From the NCBI GenBank assembly GCA_965140445.1, contig OZ223236.1:3040001-3104000 (forward strand): DNA of 64,000 nt, in the 5' to 3' direction. Of this stretch, positions 27,601 to 35,794 are shown one piece after another. A model generated the notes under the pieces. That model ran no database searches, was not told the DNA's origin, and saw only the letters and a program-made list of their open reading frames with translations. How positions within the stretch are numbered: position 1 is the first letter of the stretch; every line of letters starts with the position of its first letter. The stretch is from Candidatus Ozemobacteraceae bacterium. GTDB lineage: Bacteria; Muiribacteriota; Ozemobacteria; Ozemobacterales; Ozemobacteraceae. A program made the translations under genes and the position numbers.

Positions 27601-29017
27601 ATTGAAAATTAAGGGAAGGGTTATTCCATCAATTGTAGCTAGTATGGAAGGGAATCGAAATAAGTTTGAGGTTAAGGAAGTAAAAGTAAATTTACCAAAT
27701 AACTACTTCTTCTTAAAAGGTTTTCTGGAGTTTAGTGGTTTAACTGACATTAAAAACATAAATCTGGATTTTACAGTTCCCAAAGGGCCTATCTCAGATC
27801 TTCCAACATATTTGCCAGACGTTTTTAGAGAGGCATCAGGCACGTTAAATGCTTCCCTTAAGCTGACTGGTAATCCAAATAGTCCAGTTATAATAGGCGA
27901 AGTTAATTTAAAAGCCGATGAGCTTGGCTTTAAGGGAATGAAAAAACCTTTTACCAATCTAAATTTTGATATCTCCACTCATGACAATATATTAAAATTT
28001 GACTCTTTAAACGCCAAACTTGGTAGAGGAAAGATTCAAGGCTCTGGAGAAGTTAACTTTAGAGATGGACCTGGATCAATAACGGCAAAAATCTCAGGCG
28101 AAAAAATAGATTTGTCATTTCTGAATTTTGAGATTTATAAAGCCAGTTCTTCCGTAACAATTGGTGGGAATCTATATAACCCTGAAATTAAAGGAAATGT
28201 AATTGTTCCCAGAGGTAAATTTCATATCAATACCGATTTGCTTGCTGAAAGACCGACTTTGGACCTATTTTTTAATAGCTTGAAGTATGATATTGACGTG
28301 GAAGTGCCAAGGAATTTCTGGCTAAAAAGCTCTTTCTTAAACGCAGAAATGCGCGGAAAATTCTCGATTCTCGGAGATCTTGAGAAGGTAAATCTTGATG
28401 GTGGAATTGAATGCGTTCAAGGCTGGCTATATTTTCAGAGAAGGAAATTCCGTATTGAAACAGGTGATATAAAATTTGGAGGAGTTGAAGAAAGCTTCGA
28501 TCCACATATTTATATTAAATCTGAAGGACAGGTTCAAAATACTCAGGTATTTTTGACTCTTCAGGGTAGGGTTTCTTCTTTTACACCAAAGATTTATTCT
28601 TCTCCACCTATGTCAGAAGGGGACCTTCTCGCATTATTAACGATCGGAAGAGATTTAACTACAGCAATGAATTCTGATTCCAAAGAGATTTTCGAAAATG
28701 AGATCTTAGAAGGATTAAAGAATTCATATATTTCCGCATTGTTGGGGAATACTTTATCGACAGCTTTAAATCTGGATGAGTTGTTTTTGACATCTTTGTT
28801 TGACAAAACTTCTGGTAAAAGTGTCTCCTTTTTGAGGGTCGGAAAATACATTGGAAACAACCTCTTCTTAGCATATGAAGGCACTATGAGAGACGATGAA
28901 AACGAAACATATATTTTTGAGTATCGCCTGCCAAGGGGATTCGTGGTAAATTTAGAATTCGAAAAACCTGAAAATGATAAGAGAATTGGTGTACGATATG
29001 ATTGGAAATTCTGGTAA
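24638..29017 (+). CDS. tamB: TamB/AsmA-like protein (C-terminal DUF490-type domain)
   Basis: 1459 aa; N-terminal TM; long Gly-rich beta repeats; C-terminal SSPPMSEGDLLALLTIG...VGKYI...YEYRL-like region. Confidence 0.85.
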   Translation: MKKNLRKIRKIVFTLIGLTLFLISVGYLIYQTSFSCPRFVIERIKSFTLTFYDLDFDVSSIYVNFSTHTVNVRGLSLKLPQEKPFIKVDQVDLYAASGTGVLDVYLNRSPFERIDLKNVYVDDTAPFPAATEGEIPFASIPATSLTLVKLSVLNKFGLLDFKDFDLKFVRNGKTGNVIANVAKGPFGGIGKIASLIDFSSGKARVNFNWVHSNFQQFIPFGIISHYYGVSIKKGNINLDFVWEGILGKRLANPTENLTSFFSEELSGHFYIKDCQVEWAGLKGDLDLYGSRVGKWPWKLHLNAHNKISLIEVNSDWLGDKNDFAKFKAEVKAKNLELTPQIYNMVGMPLNNTNPGQINFSGNVEGGIEGVVGSGSAIATGWKYKGKLIRKAEVDWVFKGQELDLEGDFRTEIGDLALSWQFFPFGEKKGQGKVEGEVNDLSLKVFDEFVSGSLDGKCSGPFKIKFDLNQPASTTYSIDLSVLEPDIFSIRPLLFKGKLFGEGQKWILEDPSADFSDGGKINLKGQISHKGYSGNLSIKKVRLDELAVPIHIASGTTSLEGKLSGELDKPELLGEVWAGKVGIMGQVLSSFKAQIKLDQKSLELSPMVMIPTNEGMIDGYFSVNIETGKINSFKLNLQGLSIDFIGPFLPDNFKSTALSGRVSGSVSFDGQREKEYWDFLINGRNLEMAEQPLDSVFIEGSIWGDQGEIRHLFVRAFGGTIKINGEVQSKTRFAGSIEAESLFLNKATFLQNLFPGLRGEINLQGDIVWDKEEKNGLFTIFGEKMRVNERDLGNMGCEVIVDNQGLEVIQGEFDKLGVKLTGSIDWKGRKPYKAKMELKQVDLSFLPQIHGVEGFDYGGLVVDGKCSMTGDLASLTPDIVEMDLSSLKIQKENDVIVANKPMKVVFQNDSIEIRSLELKYRQGILGIEGIYSPGKNAALVLNGKDFSIKAIGSLFNLPDWDYDGRLSLDGGVFGNYPDFDLKADARIDELKIKGRVIPSIVASMEGNRNKFEVKEVKVNLPNNYFFLKGFLEFSGLTDIKNINLDFTVPKGPISDLPTYLPDVFREASGTLNASLKLTGNPNSPVIIGEVNLKADELGFKGMKKPFTNLNFDISTHDNILKFDSLNAKLGRGKIQGSGEVNFRDGPGSITAKISGEKIDLSFLNFEIYKASSSVTIGGNLYNPEIKGNVIVPRGKFHINTDLLAERPTLDLFFNSLKYDIDVEVPRNFWLKSSFLNAEMRGKFSILGDLEKVNLDGGIECVQGWLYFQRRKFRIETGDIKFGGVEESFDPHIYIKSEGQVQNTQVFLTLQGRVSSFTPKIYSSPPMSEGDLLALLTIGRDLTTAMNSDSKEIFENEILEGLKNSYISALLGNTLSTALNLDELFLTSLFDKTSGKSVSFLRVGKYIGNNLFLAYEGTMRDDENETYIFEYRLPRGFVVNLEFEKPENDKRIGVRYDWKFW

Positions 29018-29031
29018 AAGGAAAAGATTTA

Positions 29032-29991
29032 ATGAGTAATTTGAGAGATTTTTTTATTCAGCTTGAGACTTCGTTAAGTTCAGGAATCCCTGTAGTTAGG
29101 GCTTTGCATCTTATTTCTGAAAACGTTAAAGGTTTTGGAATGAAGGGTAAAGTAAAAAGAATAATCAGCAACATTGAGTCTGGTGATACCTTTGCTCAAG
29201 CCATGAAAAAAGTTGGATCTCCTTTTACTGAAATGCAGGTTAGTTTTATTCAGTTTGGAGAAGAAACTGGGAGCCTGGATAAAGTTTGTGGAACTTTAGC
29301 TTCACATTCTGACAGAGAGATTTCATTACAAAGAGAAGTCATTGGTGCAATGGTCTATCCTATGTTTCTCTTATTTATAGCTTTGATGGGTTCTCCGATT
29401 ATTAAAGCAATCGCGTCCCAACAAAGTATTTGGAGCGCAAGCTCTGGATTAATTAATAGTTTGATTGTTTTTTTAGCCATACTTTTTGGTTTATTTGCGA
29501 TGTATAAAGTTTCCAGCACAACCATTGCCGCGGGAATTCTTGTCCACGTGCCATTTTTAGGAGGAATATTCCAAAAGCTTGCTCTGTGCAGATTTGCAAG
29601 AGCTTTTGGGGTTGGATTGTCGGCGGGGGTCCCCCTTAGACAGTCTCTTGAAACTTCAATAAAAGTTACTGACAATCCTTGGCTACAGGGACAATTGGCT
29701 GGTTTGAAAACATCAATTGCCCAGGGAAAGAGTCTTGGCGAAGGCTTGAGAACTGTTCAAGCGCTTCCTTCTACAATGAGAGAAATGATTGCAGTTGGAG
29801 AAAGTAGTGGAAAACTTTCCGAACTATTAGAAAAAACTGCTGTTTATTTCGAAGATGACGCCCGGCATAGAATTAAACTATTGACTAAATTACTCCCTAT
29901 TTTTGTATTTTTACCAATAGCTATATACGTAGGTTATGTGATTGTAACTTTTGGTACAAAAATCTTCTCTAGTTTAGACAGTATTAAATGA
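29032..29991 (+). CDS. Second PilC/GspF-family protein (short N-terminus)
   Basis: GEETGSLD, AMVYP, VGESSGKL duplicated GspF domains; likely ATG 29032. Confidence 0.88.
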   Translation: MSNLRDFFIQLETSLSSGIPVVRALHLISENVKGFGMKGKVKRIISNIESGDTFAQAMKKVGSPFTEMQVSFIQFGEETGSLDKVCGTLASHSDREISLQREVIGAMVYPMFLLFIALMGSPIIKAIASQQSIWSASSGLINSLIVFLAILFGLFAMYKVSSTTIAAGILVHVPFLGGIFQKLALCRFARAFGVGLSAGVPLRQSLETSIKVTDNPWLQGQLAGLKTSIAQGKSLGEGLRTVQALPSTMREMIAVGESSGKLSELLEKTAVYFEDDARHRIKLLTKLLPIFVFLPIAIYVGYVIVTFGTKIFSSLDSIK

Positions 29992-32780
29992 TAAAAGAAA
30001 AAATAGAAAGCTTTATGAATATTCGCCCCGGCGAATGGGGCGAAGCTTTCTTTTTTTGGATTTTTAATTTTTTAATCTGGTTTTCATTGGGCATAGGTGA
30101 TTCCCTGGGTGACACCCTGTTTATAAAAAGGGTTGGCTATGAAAACCTGCCACAGATGTTTATCCTTTGTTCTATTTTAGCTATTCCTTTAACTCTTTTT
30201 TTTACATTGGCTCAAGGGAAATTTGAAAAAAGAAGGTTAACCAATTTTATTGGGTTTATAAGCGCGGTTTTTTTATTCGTTGCAATAAAAATAGTTAATG
30301 ATAAAGGCGTATATGCCAGCGAATTTGGTTATCATCTGATTTATTTTGTTAAAAATTCTTTGTTCCTTGTCCTTGTTGCCAATTTTTCAATTATTATCAG
30401 TACACAATTTAATTCTCTAAAAGGTAAGAGGTTGGTTCCACTTATCTTTACCGGATCAATTGGAGGTCAGATAGCATCTGGTGTAAGCTTGAACTTTTTG
30501 GCCCTGAGACTTCAGGTCGATGAAATCCTTTGGGTGTGGCTGGCAGTTCATTGTGGGGCTTTTTTCTGGTTTGTTATTGGATCTGAAAGGTTTGTGAAAA
30601 GGCCAATTCGTGGAATTCTTTCCATGGAAGAAAGCCGCAGAGGCCCTGGATTTTTTGAACAAACAGCCAGACTAGGAAGACTTATTTTCTCTTCCAGACT
30701 AGTTTTCTTACTCATTCTTTCGTCTTTCTTTTTAACTTTTACCGCTTACTTTTCGGACTTTACGACCGCAGGAATTTTCAGCAAGCACTTTGTTTCAGAA
30801 AACAATTTGGCCCGGTTTTACGGTGTTTTTAACATTTTTTCCAGCTTCTTTGCCTTTATAATTCAGGGAACCTTGACCGGGTTTTTAATCCATCGATTCG
30901 GTGTTGGTATTTCTAATCTTATTTTCCCATTAATTGCTTTACTGGGATTTGGGGGAGTAATGGCTTCTTGTACCCTTATTCCTGGAGTAATATTACGATT
31001 TATTAGTGAAGGGCTCGGATTGGCTATTTTTACGCCAGTAAACAATCTTTTTTATAACGCGCTGCCGAAACAGGATAAATCCCAGATAATTGCGGTAAAC
31101 GAGGGGGTCTTTTTGCCTTTGGCATCTGTAGCTGCAGGTTTAATGATCCTGGCAACAAAAGAAAGTATGTTCTTTACAAGGATTATTCCTATTGTTGTCG
31201 CACTTACATGGTTTATAGTTTGTTTTTTACTAAAGAAGCCATATCGGGATGGCTTGATGAGGCTATTGAAAAGCTCCAATCTTGATTTGTTTTCCCGAAA
31301 AGCCTTTGAAAAATTGCCATTGGATGCAAATACAATGAATCTGCTTTTGGATTTGCTTGCCAGTGCAGACGACGAAACCTCCGGGCTGATAGTTCAATTA
31401 ATTCTCAATAACGCAAACCGTGAAAAAAAAGAAAAGCTATTCAAAATTTTAAGGGGGTTTTCAGACTCCAGAAAATCAGAAATTTTGAAACGCATCAGGT
31501 TCTCATCTGAAAAAATGATTGGAGATTTCCTTTTAGACTGTCTTGAGTCCAATGATGAAAAACTTCAATTGCTTTCGCTAAAAGGCCTTGCCGCATTTCC
31601 TTCCTCCGAAAGACTTCGCAGAAAAGTGCCAGAGTTTTTGAATTGCGAATCTTTGAGACTTAGGGCCCTTGCGGCTGTAATTCTTGCGCGCATAGGAGAC
31701 CTTGATCAAATGGTACTCTCTATGCAAATCATAAACGATTTAATCTACAGCCAGGTTGAAAAGGAAAAGTTGCTTGGAATTGAGGTTTTGGGATTCACCT
31801 ATGATGAAAGATTCTGGGTTAATTTACGCCCCTTTCTAAGTTCTGCAGATTCCAAGGTTCGCCTTGCTGCCGCCCGTTCTCTGGAATTGCTTATGAAAAG
31901 TGGGGAAGCTGGCGAACATTACGATCTTATGAGTCAATTGATTAAAGATGATTATCGGGAAATTCGACATCTTGCCCTTAAAATGATGGCCAGATTGAGT
32001 GGAAAAAAGTGGTTTTTTCTGGTTGTGGAAGGTCTTTCCGATTCCAGTCCGAGAAACCGAAAGCTTTCAGAGGAAATTCTTATTTCCAAGTATGATGACA
32101 TGATAGCGGAATTGATAATGGTTTTAGAAAATAATGATAGTTCTTTGCATGCAAAAGCATCTGTTGCCAAGATCCTTTCAGCAACTCAGGATTCAGGAAT
32201 TAGAGAATATCTGCACCAGTTTGGTAATCGTGTTATCAGAAAACTTTATGAGTATAAAATTGAAGAGTATGTCCTAAAGAAGGATCTTGGCCCCGAAAAA
32301 TCAGAATATTTTTCAATGATTCTTACTGAAAGGGCCTGGGCAATGACGAAGCTTATAATTTGCCTGGTTGCACCTGAACAAAATAGAGAGGCAAGGGATC
32401 TTTTTAAAAGTCTTTATTCCTCAAATGAAGAAATGATTAGTAACGCCATAGAAGTTCTTCAAAACATGGGAGAACGGCAATTGGTTTACCATATTATCCC
32501 CATTCTTGAGAATATCTCATTAAAGCAGATTGCCAACTATGGCATGGAAGCTTTCAGCATTCACGAAAATGATGCTAAAATCATTCTTGGTAAATATCTC
32601 AGCAGCCGAGATCGGGAATTGCGGGAAGCTGCCATTTTTACTATTTGTAAGTCTGAAATTGAAGATCTTGTTCCAGCCGTTCGCAATATACTTAAAGCTT
32701 CAGGCACAACTGATGAAACCAGAAAGTTATGCGAATGGACTCTTTTTAAACTAGAGGAAAAGGGCATCCCTTGCCATTAA
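29988..32780 (+). CDS. Npt1/TLC-like (MFS) nucleotide transporter fused to HEAT repeats
   Basis: NIRPGEW...DTLFIKRVGYENLP, GKRLVPLI; ~12 TM followed by HEAT repeats (VRLAAARSL). Confidence 0.8.
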   Translation: MIKEKIESFMNIRPGEWGEAFFFWIFNFLIWFSLGIGDSLGDTLFIKRVGYENLPQMFILCSILAIPLTLFFTLAQGKFEKRRLTNFIGFISAVFLFVAIKIVNDKGVYASEFGYHLIYFVKNSLFLVLVANFSIIISTQFNSLKGKRLVPLIFTGSIGGQIASGVSLNFLALRLQVDEILWVWLAVHCGAFFWFVIGSERFVKRPIRGILSMEESRRGPGFFEQTARLGRLIFSSRLVFLLILSSFFLTFTAYFSDFTTAGIFSKHFVSENNLARFYGVFNIFSSFFAFIIQGTLTGFLIHRFGVGISNLIFPLIALLGFGGVMASCTLIPGVILRFISEGLGLAIFTPVNNLFYNALPKQDKSQIIAVNEGVFLPLASVAAGLMILATKESMFFTRIIPIVVALTWFIVCFLLKKPYRDGLMRLLKSSNLDLFSRKAFEKLPLDANTMNLLLDLLASADDETSGLIVQLILNNANREKKEKLFKILRGFSDSRKSEILKRIRFSSEKMIGDFLLDCLESNDEKLQLLSLKGLAAFPSSERLRRKVPEFLNCESLRLRALAAVILARIGDLDQMVLSMQIINDLIYSQVEKEKLLGIEVLGFTYDERFWVNLRPFLSSADSKVRLAAARSLELLMKSGEAGEHYDLMSQLIKDDYREIRHLALKMMARLSGKKWFFLVVEGLSDSSPRNRKLSEEILISKYDDMIAELIMVLENNDSSLHAKASVAKILSATQDSGIREYLHQFGNRVIRKLYEYKIEEYVLKKDLGPEKSEYFSMILTERAWAMTKLIICLVAPEQNREARDLFKSLYSSNEEMISNAIEVLQNMGERQLVYHIIPILENISLKQIANYGMEAFSIHENDAKIILGKYLSSRDRELREAAIFTICKSEIEDLVPAVRNILKASGTTDETRKLCEWTLFKLEEKGIPCH

Positions 32781-32786
32781 TTAATT

Positions 32787-33695
32787 ATGATTACGATTGA
32801 AATAATTTTATTTTTAAAACGAATCTCAATTTTCAGCAGCTTGACTAGCTATGAGTTAAGAAAGATTGCTGAAGTTCTTTCCGAAGACGAATTTCAAGCT
32901 GGAGAAACACTTTTTGCTGAAGGTGATTTTGGTGACTGTATGTATTTTGTCACTGAAGGAAAATTCTCTGTCTATACAGGAAAAACACCTGCAATCAAGA
33001 TTCTTGCTGTCTTTGAGAAAGGGCAGTTCTTTGGTGAAATGGGTTTATATGATGATAAGCCACGTGCCGCTTCAGCAATGGCTCAAACTAACGCAAAGGT
33101 TTTAACTCTTAGGAAAGGGGAATTCTGCGACTTGATCAGTGAATTCCCAATGGTAGCTTTAGGCATCATGAAAGAGTTGAATACAAGGATCAGAGCCACA
33201 AACCAAAAATTGAATCTTATTGAAAAGAACGTTATAGAAAGCACTTCCAAGCTTTATGCCAGAGATTATTTTGTAGATTGCGTATCTAATTATCTTAGTA
33301 AAGCAGCTATTGAAGAACAGAAAATTGGCTTTTTAAAAATCCGCCTAAGAAAGTTAGAGTTTAAAAAAGATAAAAAAAGTCTTGAGACAGAAACACCGGA
33401 AATTCTTAGATCAAACCTCATTAAAGAACTTGGAATGTCTATTAATGACTTTATAAGAGAATCTGACATGGTATGTCGTTATAGTGAAGACAGCATATTG
33501 CTTATGATTCCAGATCTTGACCACAAAGGATTGCTAAAATTTCAGGCCAGGATTACAGACGATTTAAATCAAATTCTGGTTGAATATGAATCCGAAAAGA
33601 GTGTTTCATCAGATATCGAGTTTAAAATCTTTGTTTTCCCAGAAGATGCAAAAACTCCACAAAAACTGTTTGAAATGATTGATGTCAGTGAATGA
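32787..33695 (+). CDS. Cyclic-nucleotide-binding domain fused to a degenerate GGDEF domain
   Basis: FFGEMGL...PRAASA phosphate-binding cassette; RESD-MVCRY-SEDSI in place of RxxD-x5-GGDEF. Confidence 0.8.
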   Translation: MITIEIILFLKRISIFSSLTSYELRKIAEVLSEDEFQAGETLFAEGDFGDCMYFVTEGKFSVYTGKTPAIKILAVFEKGQFFGEMGLYDDKPRAASAMAQTNAKVLTLRKGEFCDLISEFPMVALGIMKELNTRIRATNQKLNLIEKNVIESTSKLYARDYFVDCVSNYLSKAAIEEQKIGFLKIRLRKLEFKKDKKSLETETPEILRSNLIKELGMSINDFIRESDMVCRYSEDSILLMIPDLDHKGLLKFQARITDDLNQILVEYESEKSVSSDIEFKIFVFPEDAKTPQKLFEMIDVSE

Positions 33696-35715
33696 GTCTT
33701 CAATTAAAATGAAATTTTCTCAACAACTAAAGCTTTTTTTGCTCGTAGTTGTTGCTGGAGTAATCATTTATTTTCCAGCCATTCAGGATAGTGTTGGATG
33801 GTATAATTCAGGAGAATTTGTTGCTGCTGCAATGACCCTTGATGTGCCTCACGCTCCCGGTTACCCTTTATATACGCGGATTTGCAACCTGGGTTTGAGT
33901 ATTCCTATACAATCTGGACCAGCCTTAAAAGTTAATCTTGTTACGGCTTTAACCGGGATTTTTGCAGCTGGGATATTATTTCTTTTTCTTAGCTTTGCCC
34001 GAATTAAAGATACTTTTGCACTGTCTGGTGCTTTTTTACTGTTGTTCAGCCAGACATTTTTTGAACAGTCAATTCAAGCTGAGGTCTATAATCTTGAGAT
34101 TTTATTTATTCTTCTAGGGCTTTTCTGTGGTCTTTTTATTGCTCGGGGAAGTTCCAACCCGTGGTTAGCATTTTTCTGTGGCCTGGTAGGCTTCGCTGGT
34201 TTTGGCCATAGACCAACATTTGGATTATATGCAATTTCTTTAATCTTTTTTCTAAAGAAACGTGAAACTCCTTTTCCCAAAGATGTTAGGTTTTACTCAT
34301 ATTTTGTTTTTGGTATTTTGGTAGGCCTTATCCCCACCTTTGATTTGTATTTGAGACTCCAGAATCCTGGAAGGGTATTGCTTGATCCACTGATCGGTCA
34401 TGATATGGCAAGCTTTTTCAGAATTGTCACCGGAAGAGTTTATTCTGGTGGTTTCTTTGCTTTTGATCTAAAAGAACTTTTGCTTAGGTTTAAGGACATT
34501 GTTTTCTATTTAACCGCTGATTTATATGTCTGGCCAATCGCTATAGCATTGTTTTTATTCTATCGCTATCCCGCAAAATATGAAAACTCACACATTGTAA
34601 ATGCTGCATCTTTTCTAATTGTCAGTAACATAATCTTTGTAGCTAATTACAATGCTTTTGAAGCTCAAACAATGTTGTTGCCATCAATCCTTGGAATCGT
34701 AATCCTTGCAAGTATTGGTTTAACAAAGTTACCGGATAAAATGATCAACAGAAAAATTGTTATGGGACTTTTGGTTTTTACCTTTGGAATATTTTACTTA
34801 TCAAATGAAAAAGCTAATAATGAAGCGGTTGAATTTGTAAAAACATCATATAAGGAGTTGCCACCGAAGTCTCTGTTATTGCTAAGTAATGACGTGGAAT
34901 TCCGCCCATATTGGTTTTTAAGGTTGTCAGAAAAGTTTAGAAGCGACCTTAGAATTAGTCTGGTAGATAAGATTGAGACTGATGAATTATCATTTCTAAA
35001 TAAAGCTACTGTTAACCATGGTGTTTTCGGAACAATGGTTTACCCAAAAGATATTCTTAAAAGCCTCATAGCATCTTTTTCCATTGAAAATAATGGATAT
35101 TTTCATCAAATCTTACCTCCGGATCAAGCTTTTAAAACTGTGAATGATTTAAAATTGGCGAATAAAACCCTTGTTTTAAATGAGCTTAAGGTTGATGTTG
35201 GAATTTTTGACAGCAGTAGACAGAATTGGCAAAAGGGTGGGGCCTTTGAATATTTCTATAATCTTCAACCTTCTTTTATCGCTGGAAAAGACATTGAATT
35301 CGTTGCTTATATAGAAAAATCTAATGGAAGTTTAATTTCCAGTCACGGAATTTTTATCATGAATGATCTTCATTCTCCTCTGGATTATATTTGTAAAGCT
35401 GATTTGAAAAGACCAAATCTGCTTATTAAAAGGAAGATTGTCATTCCAAAAAGTATGGCTGAGGGCACTTACAAATTTGTGCTGGCCATTGTACCTACTT
35501 CATTAATTAAAGATTTTATTAAGGAAGATGAAATTTGTGCTCCTGAAGGAGTTACACCATTAAACTGGAATGGCTTCCTGGAAGTTTTTAGACTAAAAAA
35601 TGGATTAAGCTCAAGGCCTCTCATTGGAGGTCAGAAATTTTTTGATTTTGAAAAACTTAGTAAGAAAATATTTAACCCGGCAAATTCTTTTTCATTTAAT
35701 TTTACTGTTAAATGA
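33679..35715 (+). CDS. DUF2723/GT117 (TMEM260-like) GT-C glycosyltransferase
   Basis: NSGEFVAAAMTLDVPHAPGYPLY, QSIQAEVY, multi-TM N-half, soluble C-terminal domain. The true start may be a downstream ATG. Confidence 0.8.
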   Translation: MMSVNESSIKMKFSQQLKLFLLVVVAGVIIYFPAIQDSVGWYNSGEFVAAAMTLDVPHAPGYPLYTRICNLGLSIPIQSGPALKVNLVTALTGIFAAGILFLFLSFARIKDTFALSGAFLLLFSQTFFEQSIQAEVYNLEILFILLGLFCGLFIARGSSNPWLAFFCGLVGFAGFGHRPTFGLYAISLIFFLKKRETPFPKDVRFYSYFVFGILVGLIPTFDLYLRLQNPGRVLLDPLIGHDMASFFRIVTGRVYSGGFFAFDLKELLLRFKDIVFYLTADLYVWPIAIALFLFYRYPAKYENSHIVNAASFLIVSNIIFVANYNAFEAQTMLLPSILGIVILASIGLTKLPDKMINRKIVMGLLVFTFGIFYLSNEKANNEAVEFVKTSYKELPPKSLLLLSNDVEFRPYWFLRLSEKFRSDLRISLVDKIETDELSFLNKATVNHGVFGTMVYPKDILKSLIASFSIENNGYFHQILPPDQAFKTVNDLKLANKTLVLNELKVDVGIFDSSRQNWQKGGAFEYFYNLQPSFIAGKDIEFVAYIEKSNGSLISSHGIFIMNDLHSPLDYICKADLKRPNLLIKRKIVIPKSMAEGTYKFVLAIVPTSLIKDFIKEDEICAPEGVTPLNWNGFLEVFRLKNGLSSRPLIGGQKFFDFEKLSKKIFNPANSFSFNFTVK

Positions 35716-35733
35716 GCTGTTAATTGCATTGAC

Positions 35734-35762
35734 TTGAATTTATTTGGTGCAAAGGCTATAAT
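35734..35762 (+). promoter_or_regulatory. Sigma-70-type promoter candidate
   Basis: TTGAAT-N17-TATAAT upstream of AGGAG and the TTG start at 35795. Confidence 0.65.
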
Positions 35763-35794
35763 TCAAGCCCAATTAACATCTTCAGGAGAGCAAA

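Noticed and set aside
32787..33695. Active diguanylate cyclase or Crp-type transcription factor
   Set aside because: The GGDEF signature is replaced by SEDSI, and no C-terminal HTH is evident.
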